Positions 15,301 to 29,300 of a stretch of DNA of 64,000 nt are shown one piece after another; within the stretch, counting starts at the first letter, position 1; every line of letters starts with the position of its first letter. The stretch covers positions 248,001 through 312,000 of the forward strand of contig JASTWF010000369.1 in NCBI GenBank assembly GCA_030390025.1, written 5' to 3'. The stretch is from Squalus acanthias. Lineage: Eukaryota. The translations under genes were made by a program, and so were the position numbers. The notes beneath the pieces were generated by a model, which saw only the letters and a program-made list of their open reading frames with translations, made no database searches and was not told the origin of the DNA.

Positions 15301-18300
15301 CCACTGTCTGGGTCTGAATTTTCAGAAACACCCACAGTCTGCGTCCAACTTATCAGAAACACCCACTCTCTGGTTTTGAATTATCAGGAAAAAACACTGT
15401 CTGTGCCTGAATTATCAGAAACGGCCACTGTCTGGCTCTGCATTAGGAGAAACACCCACTGTCTTGATCTGAATGATCAGACACAGCTTATTCTGGCTCT
15501 GAATTAACAAGAGCGCTCAATGTCTTGCTTGAATTATCAGATACAACAGCTGTCCCGGTCTGAATTATCAGAAACACCCACTGTCTAGTTCTCAATTATC
15601 AGAAAGCTCATTTGTCTGGTTCTGAATTTTCAGAAGCACCCAATAACTGGGTCAAAATTATCAGAAACACCCACTGTCTGGGTCTGAATTTTCAGAAACA
15701 TCCGTTGTCTGCGTCTGAATTATCAAACACACCCAATGTCTGCGTCTTATTTAACGGAAACACCCACTGTCTGGGACTAAATTATCAGAAAAATGCACTG
15801 TCTGGTCTGGATTATCAGAAACAACCACTGTCTGGGTCTGAATTATCAGAATCTCCTACTGTCTGGGTCAGAAATGTCAGAAATAAACACTGTCTGGTTA
15901 TGAATTATCAGAAACATCCACTGTCTGGTTCTGAATTATAAGAAACACACACTGTCTGGGTCTGAATTATCAGAAACTTCCACTGCCTGAATCTGAATTA
16001 TCGGAAACACCCACTGTCTTGGTCTGAATTATCACAAACAGGCACTGTCTGTGTCTGAAATGTCAGAAACACCCACTGTCTGGCTAAGAATTATCACAAA
16101 CAGCCACTGTCTGGGTCTGAAATGTCAGAAACACCCACTGTCTGGGTCTGAATTTTCAGAAACATTCGGTTTCTGGGTTTGAATTATCAGAAATAACGAC
16201 GCTCTGGGTTTGAATTATCAGAAAACACGCTTTGTCTGCATCTAATTTAACGGAAACGCCCACTCTCTGGGACTGAAATGTCAGAAACACCCACTGTCTG
16301 GTTCTGAATTATCAGAAACACACATAGTCTGCGTCTGACTTATCAGAAACGCTCAATGTCTGGTTTATGAATTAGCAGAAACAACCACTGTCTGGGTCTG
16401 AATTTCACAGAAACGCCCACTGTCTGGCTCTGCAGGATGAGAAAGACCCACTGTCTCGGTCTGAATTATCAGATACTGCTTATTCTGGCTCTGGATTATC
16501 AAGAGCGCCCAATGTCTTGCTTGACTGATCAGAAACAACACTGTCTTGGTCTGAATTATCAGAAACACCCACTGTCTGGTTATGAATTATCAGAAAGCCC
16601 ATTTGTCTGGTTCTGAATTTTCAAAAGCACACAATATCTGGGTCTGAATTATCAGAAAAACCCACTGTCTGGGTCTGAATTTTCAGAAACACCCACAGTC
16701 TGAGTCCGACTTATCAGAAACACCCACTGTCTGGTTCTGAATTATCAGGAAAGAACACAGTCTGTGCCTGAATTATCAAAAACGCCCACTCTCTGGCTCT
16801 GCATTATGAGAAAGACCCACTGTCTGGGTCTGAATTATCAGAAACAGCTTATTCTGGCTCTGAATTATCAAGACCGCCCAATGTCTTGTTTGAATTTTCA
16901 GAAACAACTGACTCGGTCTGAATTATCATAAACACCCACTGTCTAGTTCTGAATTATCAGAAAGCCCATTTGTCTGGGTCTGAATTTTCAGAAGCACACC
17001 TTGTCTAGGTCTGTTTTATTAGAAACACGCATTATCTGCATCTGAATTATCAAAAATACGCACTGTCTGCGTCTAATTCAGCAGAAACGCCCACTGTCTG
17101 AGACTGAATTATCAGAAACAACCACTATCTGGGTTTGAATTACCAGAAACCTCCACTGTCTGGGTCTGATACATCGGAAACACAAACTGTCTGGGTCTGA
17201 GTTATCAGAAACACCCAATGTTTGGGTTTGACTTATTGACAAACCCACTGTCTGGGTCTGAATTATCAGAAATACACTTTGTCTGCTTTGAATTATCAAC
17301 AACACCCACTGTCTGCGTCTAATTTATCAGAAACGACCACTGTCTGGGACTGAATCATCAGAAAAATGCACTGTCTGGGTCTTAATTTTCAGAAACTCCC
17401 ACTGTCTCGGTCTGAATTATCAGAAACGCCCAATGTCTGTGTTTGAATTATCAAAAACACAATCACTGTCAGCGTCTGACTTATCAGAAACACTCCACTG
17501 TCTGGGTCTCACTTATCAGAAACAATCACTCTCTGATGCTGAAATGTCTCAAACACCCTCTGGCTGGGCCTGAATTATCAGAAACACCCCGTCTCTGGGA
17601 CTTAATTATCGGAAAAATCCACTGTCTGGGTCTGAATTTTCAGAAGCAGCTGTCTTAATCTGAATTATCAGAACAATGACTTTCTGGGTCTGAATTGTCA
17701 CAAACACCCACTGTCTGGGTCTGAAATGTCAGAAACACCCACTGTCTGGTTCTGCATTATCAGAAATATCCACTGTCTGGATCTGAATTATCAGAAACAC
17801 CTACTGTCTTGGTCTGAATTATCAGAAACACCCACTGTCTGCATGTGACTTATCAGAAACGCTCAATGTCTGGGTTATGAATTATCAGAAACAACCAATG
17901 TCTGGGTGTGACTTATCAGAAAAATCCACTGTCTGGGTCTGAATTTTCAGAAACACCCACAGTCTGCATCTGACTTATCAGAAACACCCACTGTCTGGTT
18001 CTGAATTAACAGGAAAAAACACTGTCTGTGCCTGAATGATCAGAAACGCCCACTGTCTGGCTCTGCATTATGGGAATGACCCACTGTCAGTGTCTGAATT
18101 ATCAGAAACAGCTTATTCTCCCCCTGAATTATCAAGAGCGCCCTATGTCTTGCTTGAATTATCAGAAACAACAGCTGTCTCCGTCTGAATTATCAGAAAC
18201 ACCCACTGTCTAGTTCTGACTTATCAGAAATCCCATTTGTCTGGTTCTGAATTTTCAGAAGCACCCAATATCTGGGTCTGAATTATCAGAAACACCGACT

Positions 18301-21300
18301 CTCGGGGTCTGAATTTTCAGAAACACCCATTTTCTGGGTTTAAATTATCAGAAATAACGATGCTCTGAGTATGAATTATCAGAAACACGCTTTGTCTGCG
18401 TCTGAATTATCAACAACACCCACTGTCTGCGTCTAATTTAACGGAAACGCCCACTGTCTAGGGACTGAATTATCTGAATAATGCACTTTCTGGGTCTGAA
18501 TTATCAGAAACAACCACTATCTGGGGCTGAATTATCAGAAACCCCCACTGTCTGTGTCTGACTTATCAGATAAACAAACTGTCTGTGTCTGAATTATCGG
18601 AAACACTCACTGTCTGCGTCTGAATTATCAGAAACACGAACATTCTGCGTCTAAATTGTCAGAAACACTCAATGTCTGGGGCTCATTATCAGAAACAAAC
18701 ACTCTCTGGGGCTGAAATGTCACAAACACCCTCTGTCTGGGCCTGAAATATCAGAAACACCCCGTCTCTGGGGCTAAATTATCGGAAATATCCAATGGCT
18801 GGGTCTGATTTTTCAGAAGCAAATTTATGGCTCTGAATTATAAGAAGAATGTTTTTCTGGGTCTGAATTATCAGAAACACCCACTGCCTGAGACTGAATT
18901 ATCAAAAACAGCCACTGTCTTGTTCTGAATTATCAAAAACATCCACTGTCTGGCCCTGAATTAACAGAAACGCACAATGTCTGGGTTATGAATTATCTGA
19001 AACACCCAATGTCTGGGTCTGATTTGTCAGAATAATCCACTGTCTGTGTCTGAATTTTCAGAAACACGCACAGTCTGCGTCCGACTTATCAGAAACTCCC
19101 ACTGACTGGTTCTGAATTATCCGGAAAAAACACTGTCTGTGCCTGAATTATCAGAAATGCCCAAGCTCTGGCTCTGCATTATGCGAAAAACCCACTGTCT
19201 GGGACTGAATTATCAGAAACAGCTTATTCTGACTCTGAATTATCAAGAGCACGCAATGTCTTGCTTGAATTATCAGAAACAACTGACTTGGTCTGAATTA
19301 TCAGAAACACCCACTGTCTAGTTCTGAATTATCAGAAAGCCCATTTGTCTGGTTCTGAATTTTCAGAAGCAGTCAATATCTGGGTCTGAATTATCAGAAA
19401 CACCCACTGTCTGGGTTTCAATTTTCAGAAACACGCCTTGACTGGGTCTGAATTATAAGAAAAACGCTTATTCTGCATCTGAATTATCAAAAACATGTAC
19501 TGTCTGCGTCTAATTCAACAGAAACACACATTGTCTGCGTCTGAATTATTGGAAATACCCAATGCGTGGTCTGACTTATAGACACACCCACTGTCTGGGT
19601 CTGAATTTTCAGAAACACGCTTTGTCTGCGTTTGAATTATCAACAACACCCACTGTCTGCGTCTAATTTATCAGAAACGTCCACTGTCTCTGACTGAATT
19701 ATCAGAAAAATGCACTGTCTAAGTCTGAATTTTCAGAAACTCCCACTGTCTGGGTCTGAATTATCAGAAACCACCAGTGTCTGGGTCTGAATTATCAGAA
19801 ACGCCCAAGGTCTGTGTCTCAATTATCAGAAACACCCACTGTCAGCGTCTGACTTATAAGATACAACCACTGTCTGGGTCTGAATTATCAGAAACCACCA
19901 CTGTCTTGGTCTCACTTATCAGAAACAACTACTCTCTGGTGCTGAAATGTCAGAAACACCCACTGTCTAGTTCTGAATTATCAGAAACATCCACTGTCTG
20001 GCTCTGAATTAACAGAAACGCTCAATGTCTGCGTCCGACTTATCAGAAACACCCACTGTCTGGTTCTGAATTATCAGGAAAATACACAGTCTCTGCCTGA
20101 ATTATCAGATAGGCCCACTGTCTGGCTCTAATTATGTGAAATACCCACTGTCTGGTTCTGAATTATCAGAAAAAGCTTATTCTGGCTCTGAATTATCAAG
20201 AGCGCCCAATGTCCTGCTTGAATTATCAGAAACAACAACTGTCTCGGTCTGAACGATCAGAAACACCCGCTGTCTAGTTCTGAATTATCAGAGAGCCCAT
20301 TTGTCTGTTTTTGAATTTTCAGAAGCACCCAATATCTGGCTCTGAATTTTCAGAAACACCCGTTGTCTGCGTCTGACTTATCAGAAACGCCCAATTTCTG
20401 GGTTATGAATTATGAGAAACACCCAATGACTTGGTCTGACTTATCAGAAACACCCACTGTCTGGGTCTGAATTATCAGAAACACCCACTGTCTGGGTCTG
20501 AATTATCATAAACGCCCACTGTGTGGGACTGAATTGTCAGAAACACAAACTGCCTTCGTCTGAATTTTCAGAAACACTCATTCTCTGGGGCTGACTTATC
20601 AAAAACTACCATTTTCTGCGGCGGAATTATCACAAACACCGTCTGTCCAGGTCTGAATTATCAGATACCCCCACTGTCTGTGTCTGACTTATCAGAAACA
20701 CACGCTGTCTGGGTCGGAATTATCAGGAAAAACTCACTGTCTGCGCCTGAATTATCAGAAACACACACTGTCAGCGTCTGACTTAACATAAACGCCCAAT
20801 GTCTGGGACTGAATTATCAGAAAAATGCACGTTCTTGGTCTGAATTTTCAGAAACAACCACTGCCTGGGTCTGAATTATCGGAAACCCCCACTGTCTGGT
20901 GCTCACTTATCAGAAACAACCACTTTCTGGGGCTGAAATGTCACAAACACCCATTGTCTGGGCCTGAATTATCACAAACACCCCGTCTCTAAGACTGAAT
21001 TATCGGAAATATCCAATGTCTGGGTCTGAATATTCAGAAGCAACTGTCTGGTTCTGAATTATCAGAACAAAGTCTTTCTGCATCTGAATTATCAGAAACA
21101 CCCATTGCCTGGGTCTGAATTATCACAAAGCCCCACTGTCTGGTTCTGACTTAACAGAAGCATTCACTATATGGCTCTGATTTATCAGAAACGCCCACTG
21201 CCTGCGTCTGACGTATCAGAAACTCCCATTGTCTGGGTCTGAATTATCATAAACACCCACTGTCTACGTCTGACTTATCAGAAACGCCGACTGTCTGGCT

Positions 21301-24300
21301 TCTGAATTTTCAGAAACGCTCACTGTGTGGGACTGAATTATCAGAAACACAAACTGCCTTCGTCTGAAATTTCAGAAACGCTCATTCTCTGGGGCTGACT
21401 TATCAGAAACAATCATTTTCTGGGGCGGAATGATCACAAACACCCTCTGTCCGGGTCTGAATTTTCAGAAACCCCCACTGTCTGTGCCTGACTTATCAGA
21501 AACACCCACGGTCTGCGTCGGAATTATCAGGAAAAACTCACTGTCTGGGCCTGAATTATGAGAAACACACACTGTCTGGGTCTGAATTATCAGAACACCC
21601 ACTGTCTGGGTCTGACTTATCAGAAACACACACTATCAGGGTCTGAATTATCGGAAACAATCACTGTCTACGTCTGAATTATCAGAAACACACACTGTCT
21701 GCGTCTGAATTGTCAGAAGCACTCAATGTCTGGGGCTCACTTATCAGAAACAACCGTTCTCTGTGCTGAAATGTCACAAACACCCTCTGTCTGGGCCTAA
21801 ATTATCAGAAAAACCCCGTTTCTGGGATTGAATTATCCGAAAATCCACTGTCTGGGTCTGAATTTTCAGAAGCAACAGTCTGGCTCTGAATTGTCAGAAC
21901 AATGTCTTTCTGGGTCTGAATTATCAGAAACACCCACTGCCTGGGTCTGAATTATCACAAACACCCACTGTCTGGGTCTGAATTATCAGAAACACCCCCT
22001 GTTTTATTCTGAATTATCAGAAACATCCACTGTCTGGTTCTGATTTATCAGAAACATCCACTGTCTGGCTCTGAATTATCAGAAACACCCACTGTCTGCG
22101 TCTGATTTATCAGAAACGCTCACTGTCTGATTGATGAATGATCAGAAACAACCAATGCCTTGGTCTGGCTGATCAGAAACACCCGCTGTCTGGGTCTGAA
22201 TTATCAGAAACATCCACTGTCTACATCTGACTTATGAGAAACGCCCACTGTATGGGGCTAAATTATCAGAAAAACACAATGTCTGGGTCTGACTTACCAG
22301 AAACACCCACTGTCTGGGTCTGAATTATCAGAAACACACACTGTCTGAGTCTGAATTTTCAGAAACACACAGTGTCTGGGGCTGACTTATCAGAAACAAC
22401 CATTGACTGAGTCTGAATTATCACAAACACCCTCTCTCTGGGTCTGAATTGTCAGAAACACTCACCATCTGCGTCTGAATTATCAGAATTACACACTGTC
22501 TGCGTCTGGCTTATCAGAAACGCCCACTGCCTGAGGCTGAATTATCCGAAACACCCAAAGTCTGGGTGGGTCTTATCAGAAACACCCACTGTCTGGGTCT
22601 GTATGATCAGAAACACCCCGTCTCTGGGAATGAATTATCGGAAAAATCCACTGTCTGGGTCTGAATTTTCAGAAGCAACTGTCTGACTCTGAATTATCAG
22701 AACAATGACTTTCTTGGTCTGAATTATCAGAAACACACACTGCCTGGGTCGGAATTATCACAACAACCCACTGTCTGGCTCTGAATTACCAGAAAAATCC
22801 ACTGCCTGCGTCTGACTTATCAGAAACACCCACTGTCTGCGTCTGACTTATCAGAAACACCCATTGTCTGGGTCTGAATTATCAGAAACACACACTGTCT
22901 GGGTCTGACTTATCAGAAACACACACAGACTCCGTCTGAATTTTCAGAAACACTCAGTGTCTGGGGCTGACTTATCAGAAACAACCATTCTCGGGGGCTG
23001 GATTACCACAAACACCCTCTGTCTGGGTCTCAATTATCAGAAACACCCACTCTCTGGGACTGAATTATCAGAAAAATCCACTGTCTGGTTCTGAATTTTC
23101 AGAACCACCCACTCTCTGCATGCACTTTATCAGAAACACCCACTGTCTGAGTCTGAATTATCAGAAAAACACACTGTCTGGGTCTGAAGTGTCATAAACA
23201 CGCACTGTCTGTGTGTGATTGGCAGAAACACCCACTGCCTGGCGCTGAATTATCAGAAACCCCCACTGTCTCGGTCTGAATTATCATAAACAACCTCTGT
23301 CTCGGTCTGAATTATCAGAAACAACCACACTCTGGGTCTGAATTATCAGAAACACGCTTTATCTGCGTCTGAATTATCAACAACACCCACTGTCTGCGTC
23401 TAATTTATCAGAAACGCCCACTGTCTGGGACTGAATTATCAGAAAAATGCACTGTCTGGGTCTGATGTTTCAGAAACTCCCATTGTCTCTGTCTGAATAT
23501 TCAGAAAGGCCCAAGGTCTGTGTCTGAACTATCAGCTACACCCACTGTCTCGGGCTGACTTATCAGAAACACACACTGTCTGGGTCTGAATTATCAGAAA
23601 CCCCACTGTCTTGGTCTGACTTATCAGAAACACACACTGTCTGGGTCTGAATTATCAGAAACACAGACAGCCTTCGTCTGAATTTTCAGAAACACTCAGT
23701 GTCTGGGGCTGACTTATCAGAAACAACCATTCTCGGGGGCTGAATTATCACAAACACCCTCTGTCTGGGTGTCAATTATCAGAAACACCCACCCTCTGGG
23801 ACTGAATTTTCAGAAAAATCCACTGTCTGGTTGGAATTTTCATGAACACCCACTCTCTGCATCCGCTTTATCAGAAACACCCACTGTCTGAGTCTGAATT
23901 ATCAGAAACACCCACTGTCTGCGGCTGAATTGTCATAAACACCCACTGTCTGGCTCTGAATTATCAGAAACACCCACTCTCTCGGTCTGAATTATCAGAA
24001 ACAACCTCTGTCTGGGTCTGAATTATCAGAAATATCCACTCTCTGGGTCTGAATTATCAGAAACACGCTTTGTCTGCGTCTGAATTATCAACAACACCAA
24101 CTGTCTCTGTCTAATTTATCAGAAACGGCCACTGTCTGGGACTGAATTATCAGAAAAATGTACTGTCTGGGTCTGATTTTTCAGAAACTCCCACTGTCTT
24201 GGTCTGAATTATCAGAAACGCCCAAGGTCTGTGACTGAATTATCAGAAACACGCACTGTCAGCGTCTACCTTATCGGAAACAACCACTGTCTGGGTCTGA

Positions 24301-25639
24301 ATTATCAGAAAACCCCACTGCCTTGGTCTGACTTATCCGAAACACACACTGTCTGGGTCTGAATTGTCTAAAACAATCACTGTCTGCGTCTGAATTATCA
24401 GAAACACATTCTGTCTGCGTCTGAATTGTCAGAAACACTCAATGTTTGGGGCTCACTTATCAGAAACAACCACTCTCTGGGGCTGAAATGTCAAAAACAC
24501 CCTCTGTCTGCGCCTGAATTATCAGAAACACCCCGTCTCTGTGACTGACTTATCGGAAAAACCGGGTCTGAATTTTCAGAAGCAACTGTCGGGCTCTGAA
24601 TTATCAGAACAATGACTTTCTGGGTCTGAATTATCAGAAACATCCACTGCCTGGCTCTGAGTTATCAGAAACACCCACTGTCTGGGTCTGAATTATCAGG
24701 AATACACAATGTCTGGGTCTGAATTAACTGAAACACACACTGCCTTCATCTGAATTTTCAGAAACGTTCAATGTCTGGGGCTGACTTATCAGAAACAATC
24801 ACTCTCTGGGGATGATTTACCACAAACACCCGCTGTCTGCGTCCGACATATCAGAAACACCAGCTGTCTGGGTCAGAATTTTCAGGAACACCCAACGTCT
24901 GGGTCTGAATTAATAGAAACACATATTGCTTTCCTCTGAATTTTCAGAAACATTCAATGTCTGGGACTGACTTATCAGAAACAACCACTCTCTGGGGATG
25001 AATTACCACAAACACCCGCTGTCTGCGTCCGACTTATCTGAAACACCCGCTGTCTGGGTCAGAATTATCACAAACGCCCATTGTCTGGCTCTGAATTATC
25101 AGAAACAGCCACTGTTTGGCTCAGTATTATCAGAGTCAATGACTTTCTGGGTCTGAATTATCATAGACGCCCACTGCCTGCGTCTAAATTAATATAAACA
25201 CCCACCACCTGAATGCGAATTATCCGAAGGTACACTGTCTGTATCTAAATTATCAGTATCACCCGCTGCCTTGGTCTGAATAATCGGAACGGCAGTCTGC
25301 CTGGGTCTGAAATATCAGAAACACATAATGTCTGCATCTGAATAATCAGAAACTCCCAATTTCTGCATCTGAATTATCAGAAACACCCACAGTCTGGATC
25401 TCAATTATCAGAAACACGCTCTGTCTGCGTCTGAATTATCAAAAACACCCACTGTCTCCATCTGAGATATCAGAAACGCCCACTGTCTGGGTCTGACTTG
25501 TCAGAAGCACGCACTGTCTGGGTCTGTATTTACAGAAACACCAACTGTCTGGGTCTGAATTATCACAACCACACAAGGGCTGCATCTGAATTATCAGAAA
25601 CACCCACTGCCTGCGTCTGAATTTTCAGAAATACACATT

Positions 25640-26381
25640 GGCCCAAAAATTAGTGCCTCTACGCGAGAGTACGCACCTTGTACTCTCGCGTATTCTGTCT
25701 CCAATTGCCTGTTTTCTGCATGCACTGCGCATGCGCTGAAAACCGGCACTTGGTGATTTCAAAAGGGGGCGGTTCCTAAGTGAACCACGTGCGCGCTACA
25801 GGCTGCGTGCACGCAGTGCACTCAGTGCTTTTGAATGCGCAGGTAAGCATGGAAGATTTTGCACATGAAGAAAGGAGGCGTAAGACCCTCTTTTAACAAG
25901 GTAAGTAGTTAATTAAGTATTATTTTGAATTTTTTTCAACAGGTATATCTTTTTTAGAGACTTTGAAGAAAGGTAAGTTTATTTTTATAAATTTTTAAAA
26001 GATTTTAAATTTTTTCAAAAATTAAATTTTTTGTTTAAAGTGGTTAATTTATTTAACTATACTTATTTTATTAATGTGATGGTTTTTTTAAATTTAATTG
26101 AGGTTTAGCTGTTCTTTTGGGGGGCTATAGATTCATAGCTTTCACAGCACTTGATGTGAAAACTATGAATGAAAGATGATGTGCTGCCATTGGCTCTAAC
26201 TGAATCACGTGATCCCACAGCTCGCACGAATTAACTGCGCCTGTGGGATACGCAAGCACTGCCCAGCTGCTGTCTCGAACATCAAGTTCGTGCGAGCTGG
26301 GAATGAAAAAGCCGGCGCGCAGTGAGATATCGCGGGGAAGCCTTACCCGCGCACGAAGTTTCCCTCACTAATTTTTGGGCC
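25640..26381. mobile_element. Non-autonomous PIF/Harbinger-type DNA transposon (MITE), 742 bp
   Basis: Perfect 16-bp TIRs GGCCCAAAAATTAGTG / CACTAATTTTTGGGCC; flanked by ATT (left) and AAT (right) within a satellite monomer that resumes in register; no coding capacity; left subterminal region resembles the Harbinger end at 58651. Confidence 0.88.
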
Positions 26382-29300
26382 AATGTCTGGGTCTGAATTA
26401 TCAGAAACACTTACTGTCTGTGTCTGAATTATCACAAACACCCACTGGCTGGGTCTGAATTGTCAGAAACACCCACTGTTTGGCTAAGAATTATTAGAAA
26501 CAACTGTCTGTCTCTGAATTATCAGAAACAATGACTATCCGGGTATGAATTATTAGGGACACGCACATTCTGAGTCTGAATTAACATAAACACTCACTGC
26601 CTGAATATGAATTATCTGAAGTGCGCACTGTCTGTGTCTGAATTATCAAAATCACCCAATGCTTCGGATTGAATTTTCAGAATGGCATTCTGCCTTGGTC
26701 TGAACTATTAGAAACACAAAATATCTGCGTCTGAATTATCAGAAACACCCTCTGTCTGCGTCTGAATTATCAGAAACAACCTCTGTCTGGGTCTGAATTA
26801 TCAGATAAATCAACTCTCTGGGTCTGAATTATCAGAAACACGCTTTGTCTGCGTCTGAATTATCAACAACACCAACTGTCTCTGTCTAATTTATCAGAAA
26901 CGGCCACTGTCTGGGACTGAATTATCAGAAAAATGTACTGTCTGGGTCTGATTTTTCAGAAACTCCCACTGTCTTGGTCTGAATTATCAGAAACGCCCAA
27001 GGTCTGTGACTGAATTATCAGAAACACGCACTGTCAGCGTCTAACTTATCAGAAACAACCACTGTCTGGGTCTGAATTATCAGAAACCCCCACTGCCTTG
27101 GTCTGACTTATTCGAAACACACACTGTCTGGGTCTGAATTGTCTAAAACAATCACTGTCTGCGTCTGAATTATCAGAAACACATTCTGTCTGCGTCTGAA
27201 TTGTCAGAAACACTCAATGTTTGGGGCTCACTTATCAGAAACAACCACTCTCTGGGGCTGAAATGTCACAAACACACTCTGTCTGGGCCTGAATTATCAG
27301 AAACACCCCGTCTCTGTGACTGACTTATCGGAAAAACCGGGTCTGAATTTTCAGAAGCAACTGTCGGGCTCTGAATTATCAGAAAAATTACTTTCTGGGT
27401 CTGAATTATCAGAAACATCCACTGTCTGGCTCTGAGTTATCAGAAACACCCACTGTCTGGGTCTGAATTATGAGGAACACCCAATGTCTGGGTCTGAATT
27501 AACTGAAACACACACTGCCTTCATCTGAATTTTCAGAAACATTCAATGTCTGTGGCTGACTTATCAGAAACAACCAGTCTCTGGGGATGAATTACCACAA
27601 ACACCCGCTGTCTGCGTCCGTCTTATCAGAATCACCCGCTGTCTGGGACTGAATTATCACAAACGCCCATTGTCTGGGTCTGAATTATCAGAAACCCCCA
27701 CTGCCTTGGTCTGACTTATCCGAAACTCACACTGTCTGGGTCTGAATTGTCTAAAATAATCACTGTCTGTGTCTGAATTATCAGAAACACATTCTGTCTG
27801 CGTCTGAATTGTCAGAAACATTCAATGTTTGGGGCTCAGTTATCAGAAACAACCACTCTCTGGGGCTGAAATGTCACAAACACACTCTGTCTGGGCCTGA
27901 ATTATCAGAAACACCCCGTCTCTGTGACTGACTTATCGGAAAAACCGTGTCTCAATTTTCAGAAGCAACTGTCGGGCTCTGAATTGTCAGAAACATCCAA
28001 TGTCTGGCTCTGAGTTATCAGAAACTCCCACTCTCTGGTTCTGAATTATCAGGAATACCCAATCTCTGGGTCTGAATTAACTGAAACACACACTGCCTTC
28101 ATCTGAATTTTCAGAAACATTCAATGTCTGGGGCTGACTTTTCAGAAACAACCACTCGCTTGTGATGAATTATCACAAACACCCGCTGTCTGCGTCTGAC
28201 TTATCAGAAACGCCCACTGTCTGGGTCTGAATTTTCAGGAACAGCCAATGTCTGGGTCTGAATTAACAGAAACACACACTGCTTTCGTCTGAATTATTAG
28301 AAGCACCCACTGTCTGCGACTGAATTATCAGACACACCTGCTGTCTGCGTCTGACTTATCAGAAACAACCACTGTCTGGTTCTGAATTATCAGAAACAAC
28401 TGTCTGGGTCTGAATTTTCAGAAAATTCCACTGTTTGGCTCAGAATGATCAGAAACAAATGTCTAGCTCTGAATTATCAGAGACAATGACATTCTCGGTC
28501 TGATTTATCAAAAACAACCACTGTCTGCGTCTGACTTATCAGAAAAACGCAATGTCTGGGTCTGCATTTTCAGAAACATCCACTGTCTGGGACTAAATTT
28601 TCATAAACACCCACTGTCTGGGTCTGAATTATCAGAAACCCCAACTGTCTGGATCTGAATTATCAGAAACACGCTCTGTCGACGTCTGATTGATCAAAAA
28701 CAACCGCTCTCTGCGTCTGACTTATCAAAAACGCCCACTGTCTGGTTCTCACTTATCAGAAACATGCACTGTCTGGGTCTGCATTTTCAGAAACATCCTC
28801 TGTCTGGGACTGAATTTTCATAAACACCCACTGTCTGGGTCTGACTTAGCAGAAACACGCACTTTTTAGGTCTGAATAATCAGAAACAACCACTGTCCTG
28901 GTCTGTATTTTCAGAAACACCCAAGGTCTGCATCTGAATTAACAAAAACAACTGTCTGGGTCTGTTTTATCAGAGACAATGATTTTCTGGGTCTGAATTA
29001 TTAGAGACACCCAGTGTCTGGGTCTGTATTTTCAGAAACACCCACTGTCTGGGTCTGTATTTACAGAAACACCCAAGGTCTGCATCTGAATTATCAGAAA
29101 CAGCCTCGATCTGCGTCTGACTTATCAGAAAAACCCAATGTCTGGGTCTCAATTATCAGAAACACCCAATGTCTGGGTCAGTAGTTTCAGAAGCACACAA
29201 TGTCTGGGTCTGAATTATCAGAAACAACTGTCTGGGTCTGAATTATCAGAAACATCCACTGTCTGGGTCATAATTATCAGAAACAGCACATGTCTGGGTC

